64,000 nucleotides of DNA from Yuukianura sp. NJ FZ-2021 (taxonomy: Eukaryota). The notes beneath the pieces are model-generated. The model was given only the letters and a program-made list of their open reading frames with translations, had not been told where the DNA came from and searched no databases. A program made the translations under genes and the position numbers. The stretch covers positions 7,006,001 through 7,070,000 of the forward strand of contig CM102284.1 in NCBI GenBank assembly GCA_046563655.1, read 5' to 3'. How positions within the stretch are numbered: the first letter of the stretch is position 1; each line of letters opens with the position of its first letter. Below are positions 39,701 to 50,175 of this stretch, piece after piece.

Positions 39701-41755
39701 CCTTTTTTTATTCTTTTCAAGAAAAAATCGAAACCGATTTCACCAAAATTCAAATTCAGGAGAAAGTGAAATACATATAAAAAAGCACAAAAAAAAGTTA
39801 TTAAAAGGAATTTTCACTGAATCAAGTCAAAAAAGAGAAAGTTTTTTAAGCAGAAAATCGAACACATTATCATTTCTTCTTCTTCTTCATCATCATCATC
39901 GATCACGAAAGCAGAAGGAGAGAAAAATCGAAATTTTCTCCCTCCAGACTTTCAGAATCTTAAATCAATTTTTTTCATCTTTTCTATTAATTTTTTTTCC
40001 TTTCGAAAACTTCATCATTAAAAACGTCCTTTTCTAATCTCCGAACTTTCCCTGCTCGTCTCAAAGGAAAAAAAAAAGTTTTGTGTCACCTCTTTAACCC
40101 TATTTTTTAACTCCCGCTTGCTTTCTATATTCTAGAACTAACTTAATTAACGACATCTGAGGCGTAAAATTGTTAGATTATGTTCTAGAACCGTTTTTCA
40201 AAAAAGTCTATTTTGAAATTTGAAAAAAGAAGGTCCTGTCATCATAAAAAGAGGTGTGTGTTTTAGAACAAGAATTAGTGCTCGTACCATCTGCTTTGCC
40301 AATGTCTTTTCTAAACCTATCATCTTCACGAGCCCATCCTAATTTAGCATTCTGCGAAAGCTATGCTTAGGTAGCACGCTCGTACTTTGAATTTCTAATT
40401 TTCAAACAAGACGACGCTGGAACCAGCGCTTTTGTCGAAATTGTATTTTCTATTATTCCCTAGAGACTAATAATTAGTATTGTGATTTTAGACAGGTTGA
40501 AGTTGGACTGGAAAATAAGAGAGATTGAATTTCTAACTCAATTAGAATGTCATTGTTCTTCGTTGTCTAGATTGGCTTTAGACCCCTCACCCCACCGCCC
40601 CCATTTTCTAAAAGTTTAGAACACAGCTAGTTTTCTAGAAAATGAGAACCCCGCGGAGAATTTTCAATTCGATTGAACAATCGAAGCGTTTTCCGATTGT
40701 CCAATTTCATTTTGAATCTAATTTTACACAGGAATTCAATCAAGTACCAAACCCACTCTGTATCGAATTTCTCTTAGAATTTGTCATTTTGCGCCGGAAT
40801 TGGGTCAAGTCCAATAGTACTAAAAACGAAAGGTCAAAGGTCAAATTTTGTTACCTATTCGAATTAGTTTGAAAGTGAGGGCATTGTGAGCTTTGAGAGA
40901 TTCGTTGAGATTTGGATGGAGAAGGTCACGGAGTGAAAGTCCTTCGACGAGTGTCGACAGTCCAGTGACACTTGAGTCTTTTGAGCTCATCTTCTTACTT
41001 TTCCAACTAAAAGTTCTGGACAGAGAGCGAGGACTTGGACTTTGGCTTGACCTGATTGGTCCACTTAAGTCCTTCAGACACTTCCGATTGGTCGACGGTG
41101 GTTTGTTAAGTCTACGAAAAGAATTAAACTCGTCATTTTCCGACTCTTCTTCAACGATACGTTCAAAAGGCGACTCAAACGTAAAACGCTTGAGGACACT
41201 TCGGGGAGAAAGTTGCGGTTTTGGAGATGTTGTAGGACTTTTGTCGGCAAATGAACCTTCGCTGGCGGCTGATTCTGAAAATACACGCTGTGAATTCTTC
41301 TTAAACCGTAGACCTCTCTGTGGTCGTTTCGGTGGAGGCGCTGAAATTTGAATTCGCGGCAGTCGTCTGGTGGCCCAAGAGTCCTCGTCGTCACCCGCTT
41401 GTCTCTGTGCGTTCCAATCACTTTCACATGTCGCGATTGAATTCCTTTGTTTTTCAAATCCGAGTTGTCTTGAGCTCGACTCTTTTCTGGGCTGAGCAAG
41501 ACTCTGACTTTGTTTTGGAACTTCGAAATTTTGAAAATGTTGTTCCTGTTCCAAAAATTCTTCTTCTTGAGAGTCCTGACCACCAAGAGAGTCTTCAGAG
41601 GTCAAAGGTTGATTGGATTTGACAAAGATTGAAGGGCCTGGAGGGAGGATGGGGGATGATGGAGTTGATGCCTTGGATGGAACTGCTGTGTACTCACTAG
41701 AGAGGAGGATTTCTATGATTTCATCTGCAGGGAAGATGATGTACATAGATGACAT
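21747..41755 (-). CDS. Stacl: Stac-like adaptor: F-BAR-like/coiled-coil region, C1 (cysteine-rich) domain and tandem SH3 domains
   Basis: Exons include 40855-41755, 35022-35130 (QQLSTLHDQHSAELQLLVENFRKRN), 32659-32764 (WETLLQEVEIDSQAH), 31788-31904, 30459-30623 (YYDAHNAYVQQL), ~28771-28926, ~28208-28318, ~27928-28133. C1: HIFQEYTYKKITPCDIC...GIRCRMCKMNIHLDC (~25500-26120). SH3: YVVLYMFKARHPDEMDL...DPDWWQGKCLGRQGYFPSTYV. Second SH3 ends VPLKYLKEI* at 21747. The first exon assignment rests on a phase match. Confidence 0.85.
22131..22379. mobile_element. MITE-like element with ~65-bp imperfect TIRs inside a Stac-like SH3 intron
   Basis: cacgccattgtttcgaaaag...tttcgaaac versus gtttcgaaac...ttcgaagcaatggcatg. 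Arms are built of ttcgaa subrepeats; the centre is rich in taggtt. No clear TSD. Confidence 0.6.
24086..24290. repeat. Degenerate 15/30-bp minisatellite in a Stac-like intron
   Basis: Units like aaattttgtc..tggaaaacttttcagca repeated about 5-6 times. Confidence 0.8.
29100..29320. repeat. Degenerate short repeat (gacgtcaaa-type) in a Stac-like intron
   Basis: Many cgtcaaa/gacgtcaaa occurrences at irregular spacing. Confidence 0.55.
37830..38020. repeat. Degenerate tandem repeat (ctgttctaaatc-type)
   Basis: ctgttctaa recurs at roughly 30-bp spacing in intronic sequence. Confidence 0.55.
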
Positions 41756-44700
41756 CCACTGGCCTCCAGTACATCAATCTCCGTTAGGGCTACAAAACAC
41801 ATTCGAACTTTTTAGAAACAAGAAAAAGTCATTACTTTCCCCACCAAAAACAGTCAAAAGTTGAAGAAATTGTTTTCACTTTGAGTTTTCTAAAACTTTG
41901 GAATGAATTCAATTGTGGTTTTGAAACACTTTGGTAAATCCTTGATGTTTTTTTTTCTTGAATAGTCTGTTAAAGTGTAAATTCGTAGCAAATATTCCGT
42001 GCTTCAAGTCATTTTGTACAAAAGGAAGCTTTAGAACAAGAAAAGCCAAAGCAGAAGAAGCTGGAAGGGAATTGTAAACTTTTTTCTAAAGAGTTAAAAA
42101 TAGATGAAGCAGACGTTCGTTCACTTTTGCTTAGGTTTGCTGGGGAGACGTTGGCTTATACTTTGAATGTCGCTTTTTTTTTAAATCGAGTAAGTTCTGA
42201 ACTTAAAATAAAGTCAGGAGCAAGTCTGCACCCACCGCCCGCGTTCTCACTACTGACGACTTCAACCGGGTAGCGAGGAACTGTTACCCGGGTATTCTGA
42301 ACAGCTAAAGCTCCTGGCTTCACAAAATTTCTGCGCGTCAGCAATCCATTCTCTCAGCTTTAGCATTAAAGCCTACCTTCTCACACTCTCAGAAAAATTC
42401 TTCTTGAGATCCTGAAACCAAATCCACCTGAGTTTTGTTCATACTGTTTAGTCATTATAAAGAGGCTCAAATGTCCGCTTTCAGAATTCAAAAAACCGCA
42501 TTTTGAATTTGAAGTCAAGGCAATGTCTGCTTAGTTGGCGTTTTGCAATACTTACACGAGCCTTTTTCCTTTTACTTTTTGATGAACAGAGAACTTGAGT
42601 CGATATGAACAGAAATTCGCGATTTTCTACAAAAGAAATTCGCAAAAATCCGTAATCTTGCTAAAAAAAAAGAAAAAAGAAAGCGGAGGAAAGTAGCCCA
42701 GATTAGGTCAAGTTTTTTTTTCTTTTCATCTCGTCCATCCGGAAAAGACGGAAATTAAATGAGGACAAAGGAAGCACTTGAAGTCCAAGATTTTCCAACT
42801 TTTCGAACTTTTCAAAAGACTTGGCTTGGAACATCGGAGCAAACGAAAACTTCAAAATTTCAAAAAAAGAAAAAAAAAGTTCAAAATTACCTAACACAAC
42901 TAACCTAATCTTAGAATATCATATCCAAGGTGCGATGTGGAAGTAAGTAATGTAAACGGTTCAGGCTGAACCTCCATAACCTAAAAGTGATGTGGAACGT
43001 GATGCCTGCTACTTTATGGTTCAGTCATCGTGGCTGGTAGTACTGGGCAGTGAAAGTTGAGACTTTCACTACAAATATTCAGGAGAAATGATGTACTGTG
43101 GTGTTTCATTTCTTGAAATGCAATTGATTGATTTTTAAAAGGAAATGGGTTTGGGGCAAAAAGAGAAAGTTTGTTTAGAGAGTGAGAGTGACACGGAAGT
43201 GCCATCAAGGGACGCCCAAATAAATTCTCAATCAACACTTTCACCCTTGACACAAATAGTACTTCCTCAAATTCTCCACTTCAAAATGAATTGGAAAATG
43301 ATTCCTCCTATTGCAAGGTTTGAGTGTTCCGGAATACCCTAGCTAAGGAGGTTTCAAAATTTCAAATTCTGGACCAAAATCCACTTATGGGATCAACCAC
43401 AAAGTAGTCTGGTGAGTTCAAAATACAAAACAGAGGCTGAACCGGAGTTCCTGTAGTTTGGAGCCGAAATGTATAGTAGTACACGTACTTCGTGACAAAA
43501 TTAAGCATGCTCAGCAGAAAGCACTTAACCACAAACACTCTCTACACAATTAATTCAACTCTGTCCACCTTCACATGTATCCCAGTTTTCAAAATTTCGA
43601 AAATCCCAAAATTCGAACATCGCAAAGTTCGCTTTTTTCTAAATCCAGGAATACTTAATCGCCTTTAGAAGAAATGGAAAGCCCAATTTTTTTTTAAAGT
43701 TGATTTATCTCTCGTTTTTTAGCTCCTAGATTGCACTTTGTGCAAATCAAATTGATTCTTTGCGGTAAGATTTCGTTTTGTTTTTAGAAAAAAATTGGAA
43801 ATGGGAAAATTAGATACGCCTTGATGAAGGTATTTGGATTTTGGTGCAAAAGAAGGGAATGGAAGCAGTTTGTGGAAATTTAGCGTGACTTGGTGGGAGT
43901 GTTGGTGGCCTAGTTTCCTGGTTTTCTTCTCTGTGCATCTCAAACTTCCAAAAAGCATCTTCAAGTTCATCTTATTCATTTAAATATCGTCAAATGTCTG
44001 ACACGGTCCCGCACGCCTCACAGCTTCAGAAAATGGGACAGTTGACAGTGAGAGTGAAGGTTCTTCCGCCTCATCCTTAACTTTACAACATCTCTACAAC
44101 CACCCTGAGCTTGGCAGCATACTCATGCACAGCACATCTTGAAATTGTAGACGCCAATGATGCTCGACGGCTGGTTTTCAAAAAAGTTGTTCGAAAATTT
44201 CCAAAATTTTAGCCTCTTCTTCAAAACTTTAGAAAGTGACAGACCGCGACAAGATGGAAAGTTGAGAGAGAAAGTGGCGGCGAAAGTCCAACTTTCTTTT
44301 CTATTTCGAAAACTCAATTTTTCCTTGTCAATTTTACAGCTGCCGCCAAAAGTTATGTCGATATAGGCTTACTTCCCTAACGTAACCTACTTTCTCAAAG
44401 TAGACTAACCTTAAAAGGTAAGTTAGGTTGCATAACCTAACCAAAAAGAAGACAGGTTAGGCTAACCAAACTTCGATGTGTCTACTACAATTGCATGCAA
44501 ATAAACAAATGTTGCATAACACCCCAAACTCTCCAAAAATATTCAAAACTTTCTCCTTTTGTTGCCTTTTTTGTAAAAGTTGGAAACAGGTTGACAACTT
44601 CCGTAAAACGTAACCGTAAATTGTAAATCGTAAAATCGTAAAAACAGGAAACTCCTCCGCATCCGTTCCCTTAGAAGGGTGGTCATCATCACTTTAACTT

Positions 44701-45407
44701 TAACGTTAAAGGCATCTTCCTTTCCGCATTGTTATTGCAAAGGTGTGAAACCATAGATTCCACTTCCCACGTAACACCTTAATGAAAATTGGTCACTCCA
44801 TCATCATTGTACCTGTCAATTTGACCTAATGTTCTACAATGACTGAGCCTACTTCATCATCCTTAAGGACGCCCAAGTACCCTCCCCCCCTCTGAAGCCC
44901 CCCCCCCCTAGAATCGAGAGGGGGGGGGTCTGGGGACTGTAAAAGCAGAATGACATGCCCAACTGACTGTATCCCTTTTACAAACAACTTAATTTAGTCT
45001 TGCCCAGGGAGTACTGGGAGCATTCGATTGTTTTTGTTAACCTTTAAAGCGTTAAGCATCCACAAAAAAAGTAAATGCCAAAGAATAGTTCTTGGGAACA
45101 AACTAGTTTTATTCTTAGCTTGGATTTGGAACTGTCAACATTCAAAGTTTACATTTAGGAGAGCCAAGCAGAAAATAAGTGTCACTTTATTTGCAACTCA
45201 TTTGTTCAAGAATCTAGGAGACAAGTGAAATAAAGTCTTTAGAAAAAGTTGAAGTTTTTGGACTAGTTTCCAGTTGAAGTGCTTAATTCCAAGTGAAAAT
45301 GTCAGAACCAATTGGCTCAAATTCTTTGCTCCAAGAATTCTAGGCAAGACTAGAATAGGTGCATCTTCATAGAAAAACACCATAGTTACTCCCTCCATCA
45401 CGCCAAA

Positions 45408-48400
45408 ATGCTTTGTGTCACGAAGATTGGAGAGTGGCTGGAGATTGTTCTGTTGACTACGGTTGTTACGCGGGTGCTTGGTGACCCACGCCCTGTCATG
45501 TCATTTCCCGAATCCGGTGTTTACTCTCTCTTTCCACATGAGGACTTAAGGACCGGAAAATCAATTCGGCCTGTTCCTGACACAGGCATCTCAAGTACCC
45601 GTAGAGGAGACTTTTTGAGTAGCAGCAGTACAGACTTTGGCAGAAGACGCGCTGGGCGTGTCATTTTTGATGATGAAAGACTCAATTATCGTAGAGGGCA
45701 TTTTGATTCCAGAGAACGAAATGTGCCTGGAAGTCCAGAAAGAGTGGTATACCTCAGTAGGGAAGAACATAGTAGACGATTTCCAGTGGCTCCAGCGTTT
45801 CCCGTTCCAGCCTACAGCCAATCCCGTCTTCCAGCAAATTCTGCTGGAATTGACGAAGAACCACCCAAAATTCATGTTTTTTCGTCAGAGAAACAGCGTC
45901 CCTTGGAAATTCCACGTCCGGATCCAATTGACGCTTATGAAGAAGTGAGACCTGGAAGACTTTTTATTCCAGGACTGAATCGTGGCGAGCCGTTTCTGGA
46001 CTTACGAGATCCTCCAACGGATAATTTCATTAATCATGACGATTACCTTGACTACCACAGGAAAGCGGCCTTTTCAGTACTCCAGTCCCTCGGAACAAGT
46101 AGAGAGAGACGTCCAAGTGAATCGTCAGAAGCAAAGCGTTTGCTATTTACATCGCAGATTCATGGCCTAATCCCTCCGTCTTCTCAGTTTTCTCCGTCTG
46201 GCCCAACTTCATCTGGAGAAAGTACAAGTAAAAGTACTGAAACGACGGAGTCAGAGGGAGACTTTGGCAACAAGATTCCAATTTCAGTACTGCTGGACAA
46301 CAGTACTCCGCGAATTGAGAGTATCAACAAACCCGTACTGGAATCCGGGTTCATTCCGATTTATCCCAACTATGAACATGGAGCTGGACCGGGACAGCAG
46401 CAGCATCAGCGTCCGAGGATGCCAAAAGGTAATGCTTGGTCTTTTTTCACACAAGATTTTTTGCTCACAGCGATTTTTCACCACTTTTTCTTTGTTATGT
46501 CCAGAACAAAAGGATTCGTGATCTGAAATATAAATAGGAAAAAAATGTGTGAGAGACAATAGGATTTCGGTTTTTTTTTGAAAGCTTAAAAAAACATTTG
46601 TCTCAATCCCCTTTACCAAATGGGGCAATTCCTTTTTGCACTAAAATATTTCACGAAGTTAATTTTTTACTTTCAGTAAATGTTTTCCTTGTAACTTTTT
46701 AGCGGAAGAGTTTTACTTTCAGTTACTTTAACCTAACCTAATTTGGTTTTATTAAAATTTTGAAATTCAAAGAAACAGAGGTTTCATTGCTATAACTCAG
46801 ACGCCGCATAAAAATTAATTTTTTTCCTCCAAAGTATTTAAGCAGAAAAATGCTACACAAATGTGAAAAATCTTTTAGACGGCGTAAAGAAGTAGCAGCA
46901 GAAAAAAAAATTTCATGAAAATTTCGTTGTTCTACGACAAACCGGACGTTAGTTTTTTTCACAAAAATGTTTAGCGGAAAATTTTTACTTTCATTGAATT
47001 TCTTCTTTACAATTTTTTTTTAAAAAAAAAATTCCACTTCATTAATTTTTTTTCTATACATTTCAATTTTTTTTAGCCGAAAATTTTTACTTTCGTTAAT
47101 TTTTTTTACCCTAAAATTTTTCTTGCTGAAAATTTTTTCTTTCAGTTTTCCTGTATCATTTTCTTAGCGGAGAATATTTACTTTCAGTAAGTTTTCTCCT
47201 TAAGATTTTTTTAGCGGAGAATTTTAGTTAAAATGTTTTCGCACAATTTTTTTGCTGAAAATTTTTAGTTTCGCCCCCTGCAAATGGCGCCCATAGCAAC
47301 CAACGCAATTTTTTGTTTGTGACGTCACCAGCTGAAAAATACCGTAATCGTGAAATTGGAACCCGCTGGCATTTATGTAAACAAGATGTGTCTTACGGGT
47401 TTCTATAGGACACCACCAATAATTGGCAGAATTCCGGTATTTTCAGCTGGTGACGTCATTTTTTTTTCCACATGGCAACCAAACAAACTTTCCATTCGCA
47501 CTACCTAGGAGTATTCTATTTACCTTGGTTTCAGCAGGGGGCGGCAAAAATGCCTTAGCGACCAAAACCGATTCTTTATTTGTTTACAATTTCACTCACA
47601 GTGACGTCACTCCGAGTGAAAATACAGGTTCATCCGAGTTTTTAAGCTATTTTTAAGTTTGCGGCGAAAGTATTGAGACTAAAATGCTGAAAATTTTGAA
47701 CAACACTGTAAATGAGTGAACTCGGAGTCAAAGAAATCCCATAGCAACTCAGTTTTGAAAAAACAATTTTCAACAACCGTACCTATAAGTATTCTATTTA
47801 TTTACCTTGGGTTTCAGTATAGTTTTTCCTTACAGTTTTTTAGCGAAATGTTTTTCCTTTCAGTAAGTTTTTCCTTTAAAATTTTTCTTGCGGAAAATTT
47901 TTTATTGCACAAAATTTTGTCTTGCAGAAAAAACAAGTCCATCCATAGGAGATCCATTCCAATTCTTTTGACTTAATCGTTTCGTAACCTTGGACCTAAT
48001 TTCAAAGGCAAACGAATTAAAAATCGTGTGCTTTTTTTCGTTTTGCACGAAACTTTGAAACAAAAACGCATATTCTATTGTAATCGTTTTTCCTCCCTCG
48101 CCGTATTCCCCACTCCTCATAATCGATTAGATCTCTAAAAGTGTTGTGTTACCTGTGCAAAGTTTTTTTATGTCCAAAACGTAGGGCGTCCACAAAGTAT
48201 GTTTTCCTGACGGAAGTGCTTTTCATTTCTTTTGTGTATAAAAGTCAAAGTGTGTGTAGTAATTAGTTTTTCTTTGGTTCATTTTCATGCTTGACTGCGG
48301 AGTAGCTGAAGGGGAACTGCTGTCAAGGCCAGTACCAACTTCCCCTAAAACAATACTGCTCCAAGGGGTTCCTGTCGTGGAGACATCAACGGAAGTCGCT

Positions 48401-49453
48401 ACGACGACAACGGCTGAGCCGATAAGCATCACCACCACCGCCGCGGTGCCTGCAGGAACAATAGAGGCTCATTCGGCTGGTCAGAGCATGGTGACATCCA
48501 AGAGGCGTCACTCGTATCCTTATGTCAAAAAATCCTCTGGCCATGTCACGCGAGTCGTTCAGCATCCTTGGCCAACAGCAAGTACTAATGCTGGGACGAC
48601 TCTGGGCGGAGACTTTGTCGAATCGGAGTCGATAACGTTTCCACCAAGTGCGTTTGATGACAACTTTATGGGCAGAAGACGTACGAGTGGAGAGTATGCT
48701 GCCAGTGCAACAAAAATCCGAACTGAAGTTCCTCTAATCTTTTTAGATTCTGAACAAGATCTGGACTTGGCCGGTGCTGGACAGCACAGGGGTGACAAGA
48801 ATGCAATCTTCATTAACCGGGTGAAGAATCCAAAGAATGCGGGTAGTAGAGTGTCCAAAACGAGAACAAAATCTGGAGTTGAGTCGAGCATGACGATTGT
48901 TCAGTCAACTGAAACTTCAGCGGAATCTTCCGGGAGTTCTTCAGATGAAGGAGTACAAGAATCCAGAAGTTCGTCAAATCATGGAATTGTTAGCAAAGTC
49001 CATGCTCATGTGACGCAGTGTCCAAAATTACATTCGGCAGCTGAAATCCTTTGTGATGTTCATATTCGTAAGAGACATGGGAGTCAGAATCCACAGTTGG
49101 TAAGCTCCAGCACATCAATATCGCAAATACTGCTGGTTCCAATCTGCAATTAACAAATTTACGATCAATTAATGCTTAATTTGTTGACCTTGTAGGTTGT
49201 AGGATGGAAAAGAAAGTTTCATAATGCCACAAAAGAAGATATTTTGTTAGCTGTTAACACAACGTTGGCTTACATTGAAGAAGATTTTCACGACAAGTTT
49301 AACGTGACACTATCTGCTGGAGTAAGTCCAATGTTACGATCCGTTTTAAGTATTGCCCAAGTACAACCAGAAGATACTGGCAACTATGAGTGTGAAGTAG
49401 AATCTTCCGGGAACAGACTTCGGTCGGATACACTTCTGTTCCTATGTCACTGA
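45408..49453 (+). CDS. Secreted-type protein with long low-complexity region and a single C-terminal immunoglobulin domain
   Basis: Exons 45408-46428, 48306-49099, 49196-49453 join in phase. Hydrophobic N-terminus (LEIVLLTTVVTRVLG/DP). Ig signature AEILC...VVGWKR...LSIAQVQPEDTGNYECEV. No transmembrane segment seen. Confidence 0.75.
46738..46950. repeat. Interspersed repeat fragment, copy 2 (inverted relative to 4190-4405), within a degenerate ~40-bp T-rich array (~46650-47270)
   Basis: Reverse-complement similarity to 4190-4405; flanking units like ttttagcggaa...ttttactttcagt. Confidence 0.65.
47272..47543. repeat. Nested inverted-repeat element (MITE-like) in intron 1 of the Ig gene
   Basis: Outer IR cgccccctgc (47272-47281) / gcagggggcg (47534-47543). 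Inner IR tgacgtcaccagctgaaaaataccg (47320-47344) / cggtattttcagctggtgacgtca (47435-47458). Confidence 0.55.
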
Positions 49454-50175
49454 AACATAACCTGGAAAAGGACCAATAAAAAACGGGCATAAAAGAAATC
49501 ATGAAATTCTAGTCTGTAAAATTTCGAAATAAAAGTTACCCCAAAATTTCTCCATTTCTCCTGTACCAAAAAAAAAAATTGGAGAAAGCAGCGCCTCACT
49601 TTCACTTTCAGAATTCCAATTATTACATAAATTTCATTTATTGAAGTTAATTAACCCACTTATGATTGTAAACCGCACAAATTCAAAATTAGGTTATAAA
49701 GGGAGACATCTTAATTTTTTCGAAATTTTTAAGGCTGTTTTAAAAATTTCCGAATCCTGGTGATTTCAAAGCGCTTTTTAAAAAGTGATTTGTAACAACC
49801 AGCATAACCCCTTTGTTGAAATCTGTAATTAATTATAAATTATGTTATTAATTAGCACATTAAAACTGTAACTAATTAATTAATTATGCCATGGTTGGAG
49901 GGTTGAGACAAAAAATTCACACGGAGTGAACGGTTTAAGTGTTTTTAAGATTCTAATGTTACACTTTCTCCTTACTTTTGAAATTGAAACATTTTTGAAA
50001 TCTGTGCATTGCTAACTTTCTAAATCTAAAATTTCAATATCTGTCCTGGTTCTTTCCATATCCTTTTCACTATCTTACCGGAGTATGTTTTTTCTAGAGG
50101 ATTTAGACGATTTCTGGATAAATGTAAATTTATATCATAAGAATGAGGACCGATGATGTCAATTGTTTCCTAGTT

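Noticed and set aside
39432-40037. 201-aa plus-strand ORF
   Set aside because: K/F/S-rich translation of AT-rich homopolymeric intron sequence, with no domain or codon signal.
40893-41864. Overlapping ORFs on the opposite strand or in alternative frames over the 304-aa exon
   Set aside because: Shadow ORFs of the real minus-strand exon; the same applies to the antisense ORFs over ABCA, AP3D1 and the Ig gene.
44881-44938. Poly-C / poly-G hairpin between the Stac-like and Ig genes
   Set aside because: Simple homopolymer tracts; no further evidence for a function or an element boundary.
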